Translations under genes and position numbers: made by a program
Part shown: positions 1 to 11,106 of the stretch, piece after piece
Numbering within the stretch: position 1 is the first letter of the stretch
Layout: every line of letters begins with the position of its first letter
Notes under the pieces: model-generated
What the model was told of the DNA's origin: nothing
Seen by the model: the letters and a program-made list of their open reading frames with translations, nothing else
Databases searched by the model: none
From: an uncultured bacterium
GTDB lineage: Bacteria; Acidobacteriota; DATKUA01
Assembly (NCBI GenBank): GCA_965602675.1
Contig: CBFCZO010000004.1
Location: forward strand, 6,512 to 70,511
Length of the DNA stretch: 64,000 nucleotides
Direction of reading: 5' to 3'

Positions 1-21
1 GTAAGAGCGCATGATTAGGCT

Positions 22-438
22 TTGCGTTTATCCTATGCTTCCCGAAAGTTTAAACAGGCGCGAAGCGGACGTCAACGCCGTGTCCGTAAAGGTGGCAAAG
101 TGAAGGTTATAGAAAGAGAGCAGGTATGGAGAAACCTGTTGGAGTACATCGATTCGCAGGATCTTTTCTTCCCCCGCCGCGTCCGCTCCCGTCTTAATCC
201 CGAGGCCGAAAAAATCTTCGACGACTTCCTCGAGCTGATGCTGCGCTACAAAATGATCATACCTTTCAAGAAAAAAAATCCTACCAACAGGATCGCGTAT
301 TGGTTCTACTGGCTCCGCACAAAGCTGTTCTCAAAAGCCAGGAAGGTGCTGAAAATCTATGTCAAGGGCCCCGGATGGAAGGAGCCCGGAGGCCAATCCC
401 TCGACGAAATAACCAAGGCGGAATCCGGGAAATTGTAG
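22..438 (+). CDS. Hypothetical basic protein (138 aa). Apparent TTG start; an in-frame stop lies immediately upstream at 16-18.
   Basis: ORF track plus reading of codons 22-45 (ttg cgt tta tcc...). Lys/Arg-rich, no recognisable domain. An A8 run sits at 262-270. Confidence 0.3.
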   Translation: MRLSYASRKFKQARSGRQRRVRKGGKVKVIEREQVWRNLLEYIDSQDLFFPRRVRSRLNPEAEKIFDDFLELMLRYKMIIPFKKKNPTNRIAYWFYWLRTKLFSKARKVLKIYVKGPGWKEPGGQSLDEITKAESGKL

Positions 439-556
439 TTGATACATTGCCATAGCTGTCCATCAATGCCCATTAGCCACCCTAAGCCTCTGGTAATACG
501 GCGGCAACCCCTTGACTCAATTAGGGTTGTAGCGATACAATACCGCATGCAACACC

Positions 557-2296
557 TTGGAGAACTTTAGCGGGATGAGTACGCAAATCGGTGACCTTCT
601 AGTTAAGAAGAACCTGATTACTAACGAGCAGTTACGTGAGGCCGAAAAGAAGTCTCGCGAGAACGGCGAGACTGTAACCTACAACATCATCTCCCTCGGC
701 TTTGTGGACGAGCAGCACTATGTCTCCATGCTCAGCAAGCACTACGGCATCCCCAGCGTCGACCTCGAAAACATCGAAATCGATGTCTCCATCCTCTCGC
801 TGCTCCAACCCGAATTCTGCATTAAAAATTCCCTCATCCCAATCCGCCGCAACGGCGCCGTGCTCGTCATCGCCATCGCCGACCCGGCCAATCTCTTCGC
901 CATCGACACGATCCGCTTCATGACCAGCTACAACGTCGAGACGATGATCGCCGGGGAAATGGCGATACGCGAGGCGATCGAGCGCTACTACGGCGAGCCC
1001 GCCCGCAAGGACCACCTCAGCTCGGTGCTGGAGTCTCTCGAGGTGCCCGACGAGGCGATTACGGTCGCCGAGGAGGAAGACGAGCTCGATGTCGCCGATC
1101 TGGAGCGCAGCGGCCAGGATGCCCCGGTGGTCAAGCTGGTCAACGTGGTCCTCCACGAGGCGGTTCAGCGACGCGCGAGCGACATCCACATCGAACCCTA
1201 CGAAAAGAACTATAGGGTCCGATACCGCATCGACGGCATCCTCTACGAGATTATGCGCCCGCCCCTGAGGCTGAAAGACGCCGTCGCCAGCCGTATCAAG
1301 ATCCTCTCACAGCTCGACATCAGCGAGAAAAGGCTGCCGCAGGACGGCCGCATTCTGCTCAAAATGCGCACACCCGCCGGGCTGAAGGACCTCGATCTGC
1401 GCGTCAGCGTGCTGCCGACCCTCTACGGCGAAAAGATCGTCATGCGCATCCTCGACAAAGAAAACCTCATGCTCGACATGACCAAGCTCGGAATGGAGCA
1501 GTACAGCCTCGATATCCTCCTGCGCGATATCGTCAAACCATACGGCATGATCCTCGTCACGGGCCCCACGGGCAGCGGCAAGACCAACACCCTCTACTCA
1601 GCGCTCAGCAGGCTCAACAACGACGACGTCAACATACTGACTGCCGAAGACCCCGTCGAGTTCAACCTCACCGGCATCAACCAGGTGCAGGTCAAGGAAA
1701 AGATCGGCCTGACATTCGCATCGTCCCTGCGCTCCTTCCTGCGCCAGGACCCCAACATCATCATGGTCGGTGAGATCCGCGACTTCGAGACCGCCGAGAT
1801 AGCGATCAAGGCGGCACTCACCGGACACCTCGTGCTCAGCACTCTCCACACCAACGACGCGCCCAGCACGATCAGCAGGCTGATGAACATGGGAATCGAG
1901 CCTTTCCTCGTGGCCACATCGGTCCTCAGCATCCTGGCCCAGCGCCTGGTGCGCCGCATCTGTACCGACTGCAAGGAAGAAATGGAAATGCCGCCGAAGG
2001 CCCTGGTCGATATCGGTTTCACCGAGGAAGAATCCGAGACAGTCAAAGCATATAAGGGCCGCGGCGAGGACTGCAAAAACTGCGGCGGCACCGGCTATAA
2101 GGGAAGGGTAGGTCTGTTCGAGCTGATGGAGGTCACCCAGACCATCCGCGACCTGATCCTCTCAGGAGGCACCGCGGAAGACCTACGCAGGCAGGCAAAA
2201 GCCGACGGCATGATCACTCTGCGCCAAAGCGGCCTGGAGAAAATTCGGGCGGGGATCACCACGATCGAGGAGGTCCTGCGAGAGACCATGAAATGA
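557..2296 (+). CDS. pilB: Type IV pilus assembly ATPase PilB (GspE family).
   Basis: N-terminal T2SS_E_N-like region (GDLLVKKNLITNEQLREA), Walker A GPTGSGKT, Asp/His boxes and a C-terminal tetracysteine CTDC...CKNCGG. GGAGA RBS at 559-563 suggests the true start may be the ATG at 575 (MSTQIGDLL). Confidence 0.93.
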   Translation: MENFSGMSTQIGDLLVKKNLITNEQLREAEKKSRENGETVTYNIISLGFVDEQHYVSMLSKHYGIPSVDLENIEIDVSILSLLQPEFCIKNSLIPIRRNGAVLVIAIADPANLFAIDTIRFMTSYNVETMIAGEMAIREAIERYYGEPARKDHLSSVLESLEVPDEAITVAEEEDELDVADLERSGQDAPVVKLVNVVLHEAVQRRASDIHIEPYEKNYRVRYRIDGILYEIMRPPLRLKDAVASRIKILSQLDISEKRLPQDGRILLKMRTPAGLKDLDLRVSVLPTLYGEKIVMRILDKENLMLDMTKLGMEQYSLDILLRDIVKPYGMILVTGPTGSGKTNTLYSALSRLNNDDVNILTAEDPVEFNLTGINQVQVKEKIGLTFASSLRSFLRQDPNIIMVGEIRDFETAEIAIKAALTGHLVLSTLHTNDAPSTISRLMNMGIEPFLVATSVLSILAQRLVRRICTDCKEEMEMPPKALVDIGFTEEESETVKAYKGRGEDCKNCGGTGYKGRVGLFELMEVTQTIRDLILSGGTAEDLRRQAKADGMITLRQSGLEKIRAGITTIEEVLRETMK

Positions 2297-2351
2297 CGTC
2301 TCGTCACGCCCCGCCGCGTTAAACGGAGCAAAACCGGAAGGAGCCGAATAG

Positions 2352-3488
2352 ATGAGCACGGAGATGTCGCTGCACTCGCTGCTCAAGACAATGATCGAGC
2401 AGAGGGCAAGCGACCTGCATATCACCACTGGCAGTCCACCGCAGATTCGCATCGACGGGCGCTTGGTTCCAATCAACACGCCCGCGCTGAAACCGACGGA
2501 CACTAAACACATCGCCTACTCGGTCCTCACCGAAGCTCAGAAGCACCGCTTGGAGGAAGGCCTCCAGATCGACTTCAGCTTCGGAATCAAGGGGCTCGCC
2601 CGTTTCCGCGCAAACGTATATACGCAGCGAGGTTCGATCGCAGCGGCGTACAGGTTGATTCCATGGGAAATCATGGATTTCGGTAAGCTCGGAGTGCCGC
2701 AGGTCGTCTCGAACCTCTGCGACAGGCCGCGCGGCCTGGTGCTCGTCACCGGCCCCACCGGCAGCGGAAAAAGCACGACTCTCGCGGCGATGATCGACAA
2801 AATCAACCGCGAAAAGCCGTTCCATATACTCACGATCGAGGACCCGATCGAATACATCCACTCCCACAAGCGCTGCCTCGTCAACCAGCGCGAGCTGCAC
2901 GCCGACACCCACTCCTTTGCCGATTCCCTCCGTGCCGTCCTGCGCCAGGATCCCGACGTGGTGCTCGTGGGCGAGATGCGCGACCTCGAGACGATGGAGG
3001 CCGCCCTGACCATCGCCGAAACCGGCCACCTCACCTTCGCCACCCTACACACCAACTCCGCCGCACAGTCGATCAACCGCATGGTCGATGCCTTCCCGGC
3101 GCATCAGCAGAGCCAGGTTCGCGCCCAGCTCAGCTTTGTGCTCGAAGGAATCCTCTGCCAGTCCCTGCTCCCGCGACAGGGCGGCTCCGGCCGCGTGCTG
3201 GCGATGGAAATACTTATCCCTAACTCAGCGATAAGAAATCTCATCCGCGAAGACAAGATCCACCAGATCTATGCGATGATGCAAACCGGCCAGTCGAAAC
3301 ACGGCATGCAGACCTACAACCAGAGCCTGGCCACCCTCTATCTGAAAAAGAAAATAAGCCTGCAGACCGCAATGGCGGCCAGTTCCAACCCGGACGAGCT
3401 GGAACAGCTCATCAGCCGTGGTTCCGGAGTCCTCGAGGAGGCCGGTGGAACCAGACCGGTGGGCGCGGCCAGGGGTCAGGGAGGATAA
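2352..3488 (+). CDS. pilT: Twitching-motility retraction ATPase PilT.
   Basis: Classic PilT N-terminus (LLKTMIEQRASDLHITTGSPPQIRIDG), Walker A GPTGSGKST and the AIRNLIRE motif. AAGGAG RBS upstream. C-terminus carries about 30 extra Gly/Ala-rich residues versus canonical PilT of about 345 aa. Confidence 0.93.
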   Translation: MSTEMSLHSLLKTMIEQRASDLHITTGSPPQIRIDGRLVPINTPALKPTDTKHIAYSVLTEAQKHRLEEGLQIDFSFGIKGLARFRANVYTQRGSIAAAYRLIPWEIMDFGKLGVPQVVSNLCDRPRGLVLVTGPTGSGKSTTLAAMIDKINREKPFHILTIEDPIEYIHSHKRCLVNQRELHADTHSFADSLRAVLRQDPDVVLVGEMRDLETMEAALTIAETGHLTFATLHTNSAAQSINRMVDAFPAHQQSQVRAQLSFVLEGILCQSLLPRQGGSGRVLAMEILIPNSAIRNLIREDKIHQIYAMMQTGQSKHGMQTYNQSLATLYLKKKISLQTAMAASSNPDELEQLISRGSGVLEEAGGTRPVGAARGQGG

Positions 3489-3497
3489 AGACAAGCC

Positions 3498-4700
3498 ATG
3501 CCGACCTATACCTACGTGGGACGCAGCAGAGGCGGTAAGCTGCACCGGGGCGAGCTGCTGGCTGCCAGCAAGAACGAAGCGATCGCCGCGCTGCGCAAGC
3601 AGCAGATTCTGGTGACCGTTGTCAAAGAAAAGGGCAAGGGAGAAGGCCGCCTCTTCGGCCGCGGAAAGGTCAAGCAGAAAGACATTGCCGTCGTCACTCG
3701 GCAGCTCAGCTTCATGATCGACGCCGGCCTGCCGCTCAACCAGGCCCTGGAGATCATCGGCACACAGGTCGAAAACAAAGCCCTGCAGAAGACGATGTTC
3801 GAGGTCCGCCAGGCGATCGAGGGAGGCTCGAGCTTCTCCGATGCCCTCGCAGAACACCCCCACGTCTTCAACGAGCTCTACACCAACATGGTGGCGGCGG
3901 GGGAGGCAGGCGGCATCCTCGACACGATTCTCGAACGCCTCTCCATCTACATCGAAAAAGCCGTCAAGCTCAAGCGCGCCGTCAAGAGCGCGATGATCTA
4001 CCCCATCAGCGTCATGGCCATCGCCATCGGAGTGGTGATCGTCATCCTCTGGCAGGTCATCCCGACATTCGCAAAGCTCTTCACAGGCCTCGGAAAGGCT
4101 TTGCCCATGCCGACGCAGATCACCATCGACCTCTCCAACTTCGTCGGCAATTACATCCTCTTCATCTTCGGCGGCATCGTCGCCCTCGTCATCGCCCTCA
4201 GATGGTACCACTCCACACCGGGCGGCAAGCTGGCAATCGACAGCCTCATGCTGCGATTGCCCGTGATCGGCATCGTCCTGCGAAAGATCGCTATCGCGCG
4301 CTTCTGCCGCACGCTCGGAACCTTGATCAGCAGCGGTGTGCCGATCCTCGACAGCCTCGACATCACGGCCAAGACCGCGGGCAACAGGGTGATCGAGAAC
4401 GCCGTGATGGAAGCCCGCAACAGCGTCGAGGCAGGAAAAACCCTCAGCGAGCCGCTGCGCGACTCCGAGGTCTTCACCCCGATGGTCGTGCAAATGGTCA
4501 ACGTCGGCGAGCAGACCGGCGAGCTCGACGCGATGGTCAACAAGGTGGCTGAATTCTACGAGGAAGAAGTCGACGCGGCGGTGCAGGACCTGCTCTCGCT
4601 GCTGGAGCCGCTGATCATCATCTTCCTGGGAGTTACTATCGGTTGGATCGTCGTCTCCATGTACATGCCCATCTTCGCGCTGCTCGGAGAGCTAACCTGA
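3498..4700 (+). CDS. pilC: Type IV pilus inner-membrane platform protein PilC (GspF family).
   Basis: Two GspF repeats with 3 TM segments. N-terminus MPTYTYVGRSRGGKLHRGEL is typical of PilC. Position is immediately after pilB-pilT. Confidence 0.92.
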   Translation: MPTYTYVGRSRGGKLHRGELLAASKNEAIAALRKQQILVTVVKEKGKGEGRLFGRGKVKQKDIAVVTRQLSFMIDAGLPLNQALEIIGTQVENKALQKTMFEVRQAIEGGSSFSDALAEHPHVFNELYTNMVAAGEAGGILDTILERLSIYIEKAVKLKRAVKSAMIYPISVMAIAIGVVIVILWQVIPTFAKLFTGLGKALPMPTQITIDLSNFVGNYILFIFGGIVALVIALRWYHSTPGGKLAIDSLMLRLPVIGIVLRKIAIARFCRTLGTLISSGVPILDSLDITAKTAGNRVIENAVMEARNSVEAGKTLSEPLRDSEVFTPMVVQMVNVGEQTGELDAMVNKVAEFYEEEVDAAVQDLLSLLEPLIIIFLGVTIGWIVVSMYMPIFALLGELT

Positions 4701-4728
4701 GGCCCCCAGAGGACGAGGGGGACGAAAT

Positions 4729-6426
4729 ATGGCCTCAAACCACCCGGCGCCGGCGGGTGACGGCGGCGAGCCCGCCGAGGATGTGGCCGGCACGCTGAGG
4801 CTGATTCTTATCCTGCGCGTCGTGATCGTCACGGCGCTGCTCGGTTCCGCCCTCTATGTCCAGATCTTCTACGGCCTCACCAGCGACTCCCTCTACTTCA
4901 TCATCGGGCTGACATATCTGCTGACCGTCTTCTATGCCGTCCTCGCCATACCATTCCGCTCAAACAGGATCTTCGCCCTCAGCCAATTGCTCCTGGACGT
5001 GGCGCTGGTCTCCTTGCTCGTACTCGTCACAGGCGGCGTCGACAGCGCTTTCATCATTCTCTACTACCTGCTGGTCGTCAGCGGGGCGATTGTGCTCGGT
5101 CGCATCAGCAGCTTCGCCATTGCCACCGTCTCGGTGGTGCTGCTGGCGGGCGTCGTGATGATATCCAACGGCGGCTTCATCGATCTACACGTCCTGTATC
5201 CTTACGCGCGCCCGGCGATGAACACGCTGCTCTACACGCTCGCGCTGCACTCCTTCGCGCTCGAGCTGCTGGCCGCCCTCAGCGGCTACCTCGCCGGCAT
5301 GCTGCAGACCACCGCAGCGCGCCTGCGCCTGCGCACGGCCGACCTCGCCCGTCTGCGAGTACTCAACGAAAGCATCGTCCGCAGCAACCCAAGCGGAATC
5401 ATTACAACCGACATGGACGGCCGGATCACCTTCGCCAATCCCGCCGCACTCGACCTGCTCAAGCGGCCGCTGGACACGATAAGCGGGCGGGACGTTCGCA
5501 ATCTGCTGCTCTACAACCCCTACGCGCCCGCGCCGATCCTCAGCGACGAGGGCTGGCACAGGGAAATGCTGCTCCACTGCAGCGATGAAGAGAAAATCGA
5601 TGTGGGTGTCAGCCGCACCCTGCTAATCGATTCCGAAGGCATGCTGGTCGGCAAGCTCTACACAATCGACGATCTCCGCGAGCTCAAGGCCTTGCAGGCG
5701 CGCCTGCGGCTGCAGGACAGGATGGCCGCAGCCGGCGAGCTGAGCGCGGCGATCGCCCACGAGATCCGCAACCCCCTCGGCTCCATCAGCGGCAGCGCGC
5801 AGATGATCCGCAAGGCTCCCGATCTCTCGGAGGATCAGCTCTACTTCATGGATATCATCATCCGCGAGAGCCAGCGGCTGAGCATGATTCTCAATGACTT
5901 CCTCGCCTTCACCCGCGCGCCGGTCTTCTCCCCGGTTGAAATCGACATCCTGAGGATAGCACGGGAGACGGTCGACCTGCTCGCCAACAGCACCGAGGTC
6001 ACCCCTGACCACCGCATCGAACTGCAGAGCGGAGAGCTCGACAGGCTCGTGGCTCGAGTCGACGCCAACATGCTTCGCCAGCTAATCTATAACCTGGCAA
6101 GCAACGGCGTGCGGGCGATGCCCGAAGGTGGTAAGCTGATCGTCACCCTGAGCCGCGACGGCGGCGATGCCGTCCTCAGGTTCGCCGACGAGGGCCACGG
6201 CATCCAACCGGATCGCCTGCAGAAGCTCTTTCAACCCTTTGTCTCGGGATCCAAGGGCGGCATTGGGCTCGGAATGGGGATCGTCTATAGAATCGTCCAG
6301 GAACACGGCGGCAGCATAACTGTCAGAAGCAAGCCGAATGCCGGCACCAGCGTAACGGTAGCGCTCCCCGTCGGCGGCGGCGACTCTTCAGCTTTCAGCG
6401 TCCAGGTGGAAACAGCGGAGCCGTAA
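4729..6426 (+). CDS. pilS: Sensor histidine kinase PilS-like: polytopic membrane N-terminus, PAS, HisKA, HATPase_c.
   Basis: About 6 predicted TM helices. PAS-like segment (SNPSGIITTDMDGRITFANPAAL), H-box AHEIRNPLGSISGSAQM, and N/G1/G2 boxes (NGVRAMPEGG, GIGLGMGIV). The stop overlaps the pilR start. Confidence 0.8.
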   Translation: MASNHPAPAGDGGEPAEDVAGTLRLILILRVVIVTALLGSALYVQIFYGLTSDSLYFIIGLTYLLTVFYAVLAIPFRSNRIFALSQLLLDVALVSLLVLVTGGVDSAFIILYYLLVVSGAIVLGRISSFAIATVSVVLLAGVVMISNGGFIDLHVLYPYARPAMNTLLYTLALHSFALELLAALSGYLAGMLQTTAARLRLRTADLARLRVLNESIVRSNPSGIITTDMDGRITFANPAALDLLKRPLDTISGRDVRNLLLYNPYAPAPILSDEGWHREMLLHCSDEEKIDVGVSRTLLIDSEGMLVGKLYTIDDLRELKALQARLRLQDRMAAAGELSAAIAHEIRNPLGSISGSAQMIRKAPDLSEDQLYFMDIIIRESQRLSMILNDFLAFTRAPVFSPVEIDILRIARETVDLLANSTEVTPDHRIELQSGELDRLVARVDANMLRQLIYNLASNGVRAMPEGGKLIVTLSRDGGDAVLRFADEGHGIQPDRLQKLFQPFVSGSKGGIGLGMGIVYRIVQEHGGSITVRSKPNAGTSVTVALPVGGGDSSAFSVQVETAEP

Positions 6427-6427
6427 G

Positions 6428-7795
<1,368 letters not shown>

Positions 7796-7837
7796 TCCCG
7801 CGGCATCCGATACGGCCGAGGTCCCCGCAAAGAAAAA

Positions 7838-7858
7838 GGGCGGCTTGCTCTGCCGCCC
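7838..7858. terminator. Bidirectional intrinsic terminator between convergent pilR and the antiporter gene.
   Basis: Perfect 7-bp GC stem GGGCGGC / GCCGCCC with a 7-nt loop. Preceded by AGAAAAA (a T-run on the minus strand). Confidence 0.5.
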
Positions 7859-7883
7859 CGGATAACTACTCTGTATTGAACTA

Positions 7884-10076
7884 TCAGGCTTCCTGTGGCT
7901 CCGGTCCTACCACCGACATCAGCTTGTTGCGGTAGTCCATCATGTCGTCGGCTATCTTGCGAAGAACGCTGCGGATCTCTTCATGATTATCTTCGGGAGC
8001 ATCGATCGAGATCATGAAATCCTCGTCCAGGATCCTGATTACCACCGGCCTGTTGTTCTTCTGCACCTCGTAGATACCGCCGGCGGCATCACTCAACACC
8101 TTTTTGTAACCCACCTCTCCCAGCTCATCCAGGAGAACGTCGCGGATAAGACCCCGGTGGGTACGGGAACTCGTGTTGAAAACGAGGAACGGCTCGAGAG
8201 CCTCGGGAAGAACTGCTCCTTCCTTAACCTCGGCATGTGTCCCCGGACCGCCTTTCTTGAAAGCCGGCACAAGCGCCGGAGGAGCCATCAGGGTGGTAAC
8301 CAGCGTCAGCAGGATCGCAACGCCGAACATGTCGGTGGCGATCACGCCGCCGGCGATGCCGACTCCCGCGATGATCAGCGCAACCTCGCCGCGCGGAAGC
8401 ATCCCGAGGCCGACGCGGAGGGCTCCGCGAAAATTAAAACCGACAAACAACGCCGGAATGCCGCAACCGAAGACCTTGGAAATGATCGCGAAGAACGAAA
8501 TCACCACGCCGTACGGCCACAGCAGCGGCATCATTTGGTTGAAATCGACCATCATCCCCATGACCACGAAGAACACAGGCACGATGAAGTTGTAAACGCT
8601 CTTGAGTTGCTCCTCGAGGAAATGGGAGATCTTGGTGTCGCTCATCGCCAGACCGATCGAGTAGGCGCCGATGATCATCGCCAGCCCGAAGAGCTCGGCG
8701 GTCGCCGCGCAGGCGAAGGCCAGCGCCAACCCCAGGCCGAAGGTCGCGCCCTTGGTTTTGAACCAGCGCAGGCCATTCTCGATCTGCTTGCTGACAAGGA
8801 TGCCGATACCCGTCAGCCCGAGCCAGAAGAGCACAGCCTTCAGCGCTATCCCGATTATCGTGTTGACGTCCAGCGTTCCGCCGGCCATCTCGACTATGGC
8901 GATGGCATTGACGATCGCCAGCACCAGGATCCCGAGCACGTCGTCGATAACCGCGCCGGCCAGAATCGTCACGCCCTCCGACGTGTCGAGGCGGTTGATG
9001 TCGCTCAGCACCCGGGCCGTGATGCCCACCGATGTCGCCACCATCACCGCGCCCATGAACATCGCTGTCGGATCCCACATCGACTCGATTCCCGGGATGA
9101 ACCACCAGGTAGACAGTGCGCCGAGGAAGAAGGGAGTGACGACGCCGCCGATGGCGACCACTGTCGCCGGGCCGGCATAGCGCAGGAACTGCCTCAGGTC
9201 CGTCTCCAACCCGGCCATGAACAGCAGCACGATCGCAGCCATCTGCGCCACGGCCCATAACTCGGGGCTCACTGCGAAGTCAGGCTGCAGCGGCGAGGCC
9301 TTGAGGATCGTCGACAGCTTCACCGTCTGGAAGAGCTGCCCAACGCCGGGGATGTTGATTAAACCGCCGAACGCGTAAGGGCTGATCAGAATGCCACCGA
9401 TCAACTCGCCCAGCACCCCCGGCTGATGTAGGAAGCGCTCGAATATCTCCCCGCCCACTTTCGCCACCAGCAGGATTATCGCCAGCTGTAACATCAGCAA
9501 CGTAATCGCGTGCAGCAGGTCGTGATGGCGGATAACCTCAGGCTCCTCCAGGGCGCGCAGGATCGTCGAGCCCTGCTCCGGCGTCGCCTTGACCCTGACG
9601 CCGTAGCCCACCTTCATCTCTCCATGGCCTTCACCGGCATGGCCCTCGCCATCTTCCGCGGCAGGCCTCTCGGGCAGCAAAACCGAGAGATTGTTTATCG
9701 TGAAGCCGACAACGCCCTCCTCCGATCTCAGCAGCGAACCCACCGTGCCCGTGAGCTCGAGCTCATCGGAAGGCGCTCGTTCCACCGTCTTGATCGTGTG
9801 ATGGCGGCCCACCTCGCCTTCGTCGAGGCTTACCAGCAACCAGGTGCCTGGATGCAGATTCTCCTTAGTCAGCCCCAACCACTGAGTCTTCTCGTTATAC
9901 CTGTATGGCTGGTTCTGGAAGAAAATCTCCGCATCGTCGAACCGCTCGATCACGATCAGATGCTTGCCCTCAGACTCGGCCTCCGGAGAGATGCCGCCCA
10001 CTGCGGGCATCATCACCACCACCGCTGCTAACACTGCGACGCAGATCATCAGGTAGCGGTACGGAATCTTTTTCAT
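7884..10076 (-). CDS. Monovalent cation:proton antiporter, CPA2/Kef-NapA type. It has an N-terminal signal/periplasmic domain of about 200 aa and a C-terminal cytoplasmic regulatory domain.
   Basis: 730 aa. A soluble N-terminal domain follows a signal-like segment. Then about 12 TM helices with Na_H_exchanger-type motifs (GEVALIIAGVG, LGAYSIGLAM). Then a hydrophilic C-terminal tail. Confidence 0.8.
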   Translation of the reverse strand: MKKIPYRYLMICVAVLAAVVVMMPAVGGISPEAESEGKHLIVIERFDDAEIFFQNQPYRYNEKTQWLGLTKENLHPGTWLLVSLDEGEVGRHHTIKTVERAPSDELELTGTVGSLLRSEEGVVGFTINNLSVLLPERPAAEDGEGHAGEGHGEMKVGYGVRVKATPEQGSTILRALEEPEVIRHHDLLHAITLLMLQLAIILLVAKVGGEIFERFLHQPGVLGELIGGILISPYAFGGLINIPGVGQLFQTVKLSTILKASPLQPDFAVSPELWAVAQMAAIVLLFMAGLETDLRQFLRYAGPATVVAIGGVVTPFFLGALSTWWFIPGIESMWDPTAMFMGAVMVATSVGITARVLSDINRLDTSEGVTILAGAVIDDVLGILVLAIVNAIAIVEMAGGTLDVNTIIGIALKAVLFWLGLTGIGILVSKQIENGLRWFKTKGATFGLGLALAFACAATAELFGLAMIIGAYSIGLAMSDTKISHFLEEQLKSVYNFIVPVFFVVMGMMVDFNQMMPLLWPYGVVISFFAIISKVFGCGIPALFVGFNFRGALRVGLGMLPRGEVALIIAGVGIAGGVIATDMFGVAILLTLVTTLMAPPALVPAFKKGGPGTHAEVKEGAVLPEALEPFLVFNTSSRTHRGLIRDVLLDELGEVGYKKVLSDAAGGIYEVQKNNRPVVIRILDEDFMISIDAPEDNHEEIRSVLRKIADDMMDYRNKLMSVVGPEPQEA

Positions 10077-10192
10077 AACTTACTCCTGTTTCATCTTTCG
10101 ACAGAACAGCCTTAACTATATGAATAATAAGTGTATCCGCTAATCTTACGGGCTTCAAGATCGGTGGAATCGAAAGTGGAGTTTAAGGCTGG

Positions 10193-10975
10193 TTGAGGGT
10201 AAATTATACTAGCCAGGTAGGAGGGAGACAATCCATGGCCGACGAAAAAATCCCACGGCACGTCGCCGACCGCTTCGCTACCGCAAAGCGCCTCGCCGTG
10301 CTCACGGGCGCGGGCGTAAGCGCCGAAAGCGGGGTCGAGACCTTTCGCGGCGAGGACGGAACCTGGAGCAAGGTCAACGTGGAGGACGTCGCCACGCCGC
10401 AGGCGTTCGAACGCGATCCAGCTAAGGTCTGGCAGTGGTACGACCTCCGGCGCGACAAGTTGAAGAGCATCGAGCCCAACCCGGCTCACTACGCTCTCGC
10501 GGCGATGGAACAGCACTTCCCACACTTCGCGCTTATCACACAAAACATCGACGGACTGCACAAGCGCGCGGGATCGAAGAACATCATCGAGCTGCACGGC
10601 AACATCTGGGAGGTGAGGGACACGGTGACCGACGAGATAACTGTCCTTCGCGAGGCGCCGCTCAAAGAATTACCCCCCCGCAACGATAAGGGGCACACGC
10701 TGCGGCCCAACGTGGTGTGGTTCGGGGAGATGCTGCCCCCGGGCGTCATGGAAGCCGCCGCCCGCGAAGCCGAAAACTGCGAGGTCTTCCTCGTGGTCGG
10801 CACTTCGGCCGTGGTCCAGCCGGCAGCCTCCCTGCCGATCATCGCCAAGCGCTCCGGGGCCATGGTGCTCGAATTCACGCTGCACTGGACGGAAATCAGC
10901 GATTTCGTCGATCACACCTTCCTCGGCAAGGCCGGCGAGACGCTGCCACCGCTACTCGACCTGATCAGCAAGTAA
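10193..10975 (+). CDS. cobB: NAD-dependent protein deacylase (Sir2/CobB sirtuin).
   Basis: GAGVSAESG NAD-binding motif, QNIDGLH, and VVWFGE...VVGTS. The likely true start is MADEK at about 10235. Confidence 0.85.
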   Translation: MRVNYTSQVGGRQSMADEKIPRHVADRFATAKRLAVLTGAGVSAESGVETFRGEDGTWSKVNVEDVATPQAFERDPAKVWQWYDLRRDKLKSIEPNPAHYALAAMEQHFPHFALITQNIDGLHKRAGSKNIIELHGNIWEVRDTVTDEITVLREAPLKELPPRNDKGHTLRPNVVWFGEMLPPGVMEAAAREAENCEVFLVVGTSAVVQPAASLPIIAKRSGAMVLEFTLHWTEISDFVDHTFLGKAGETLPPLLDLISK

Positions 10976-11106
10976 GCGGCCGCGCTTCGCTTGTCCTGCG
11001 AAATCCGGCAAATATCCCGCGAGTCTCGACGTAGCTGATTTATTTAAATCATATCATTGCCATTAACCACAACTACTGGTATCTTTCTTGGAATTTTATA
11101 CAAGAG

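Noticed and set aside
3225-4493. Long minus-strand ORF (422 aa) antisense to pilT/pilC.
   Set aside because: Low-complexity Asp/Glu/Gly/Arg-rich translation typical of antisense frames in high-GC DNA. It fully overlaps well-supported pilT and pilC genes.
7983-9260. 425-aa plus-strand ORF, with others, antisense to the CPA2 antiporter gene.
   Set aside because: His/Arg/Asp-rich nonsense composition with no domain. The opposite strand encodes a clear 12-TM antiporter.
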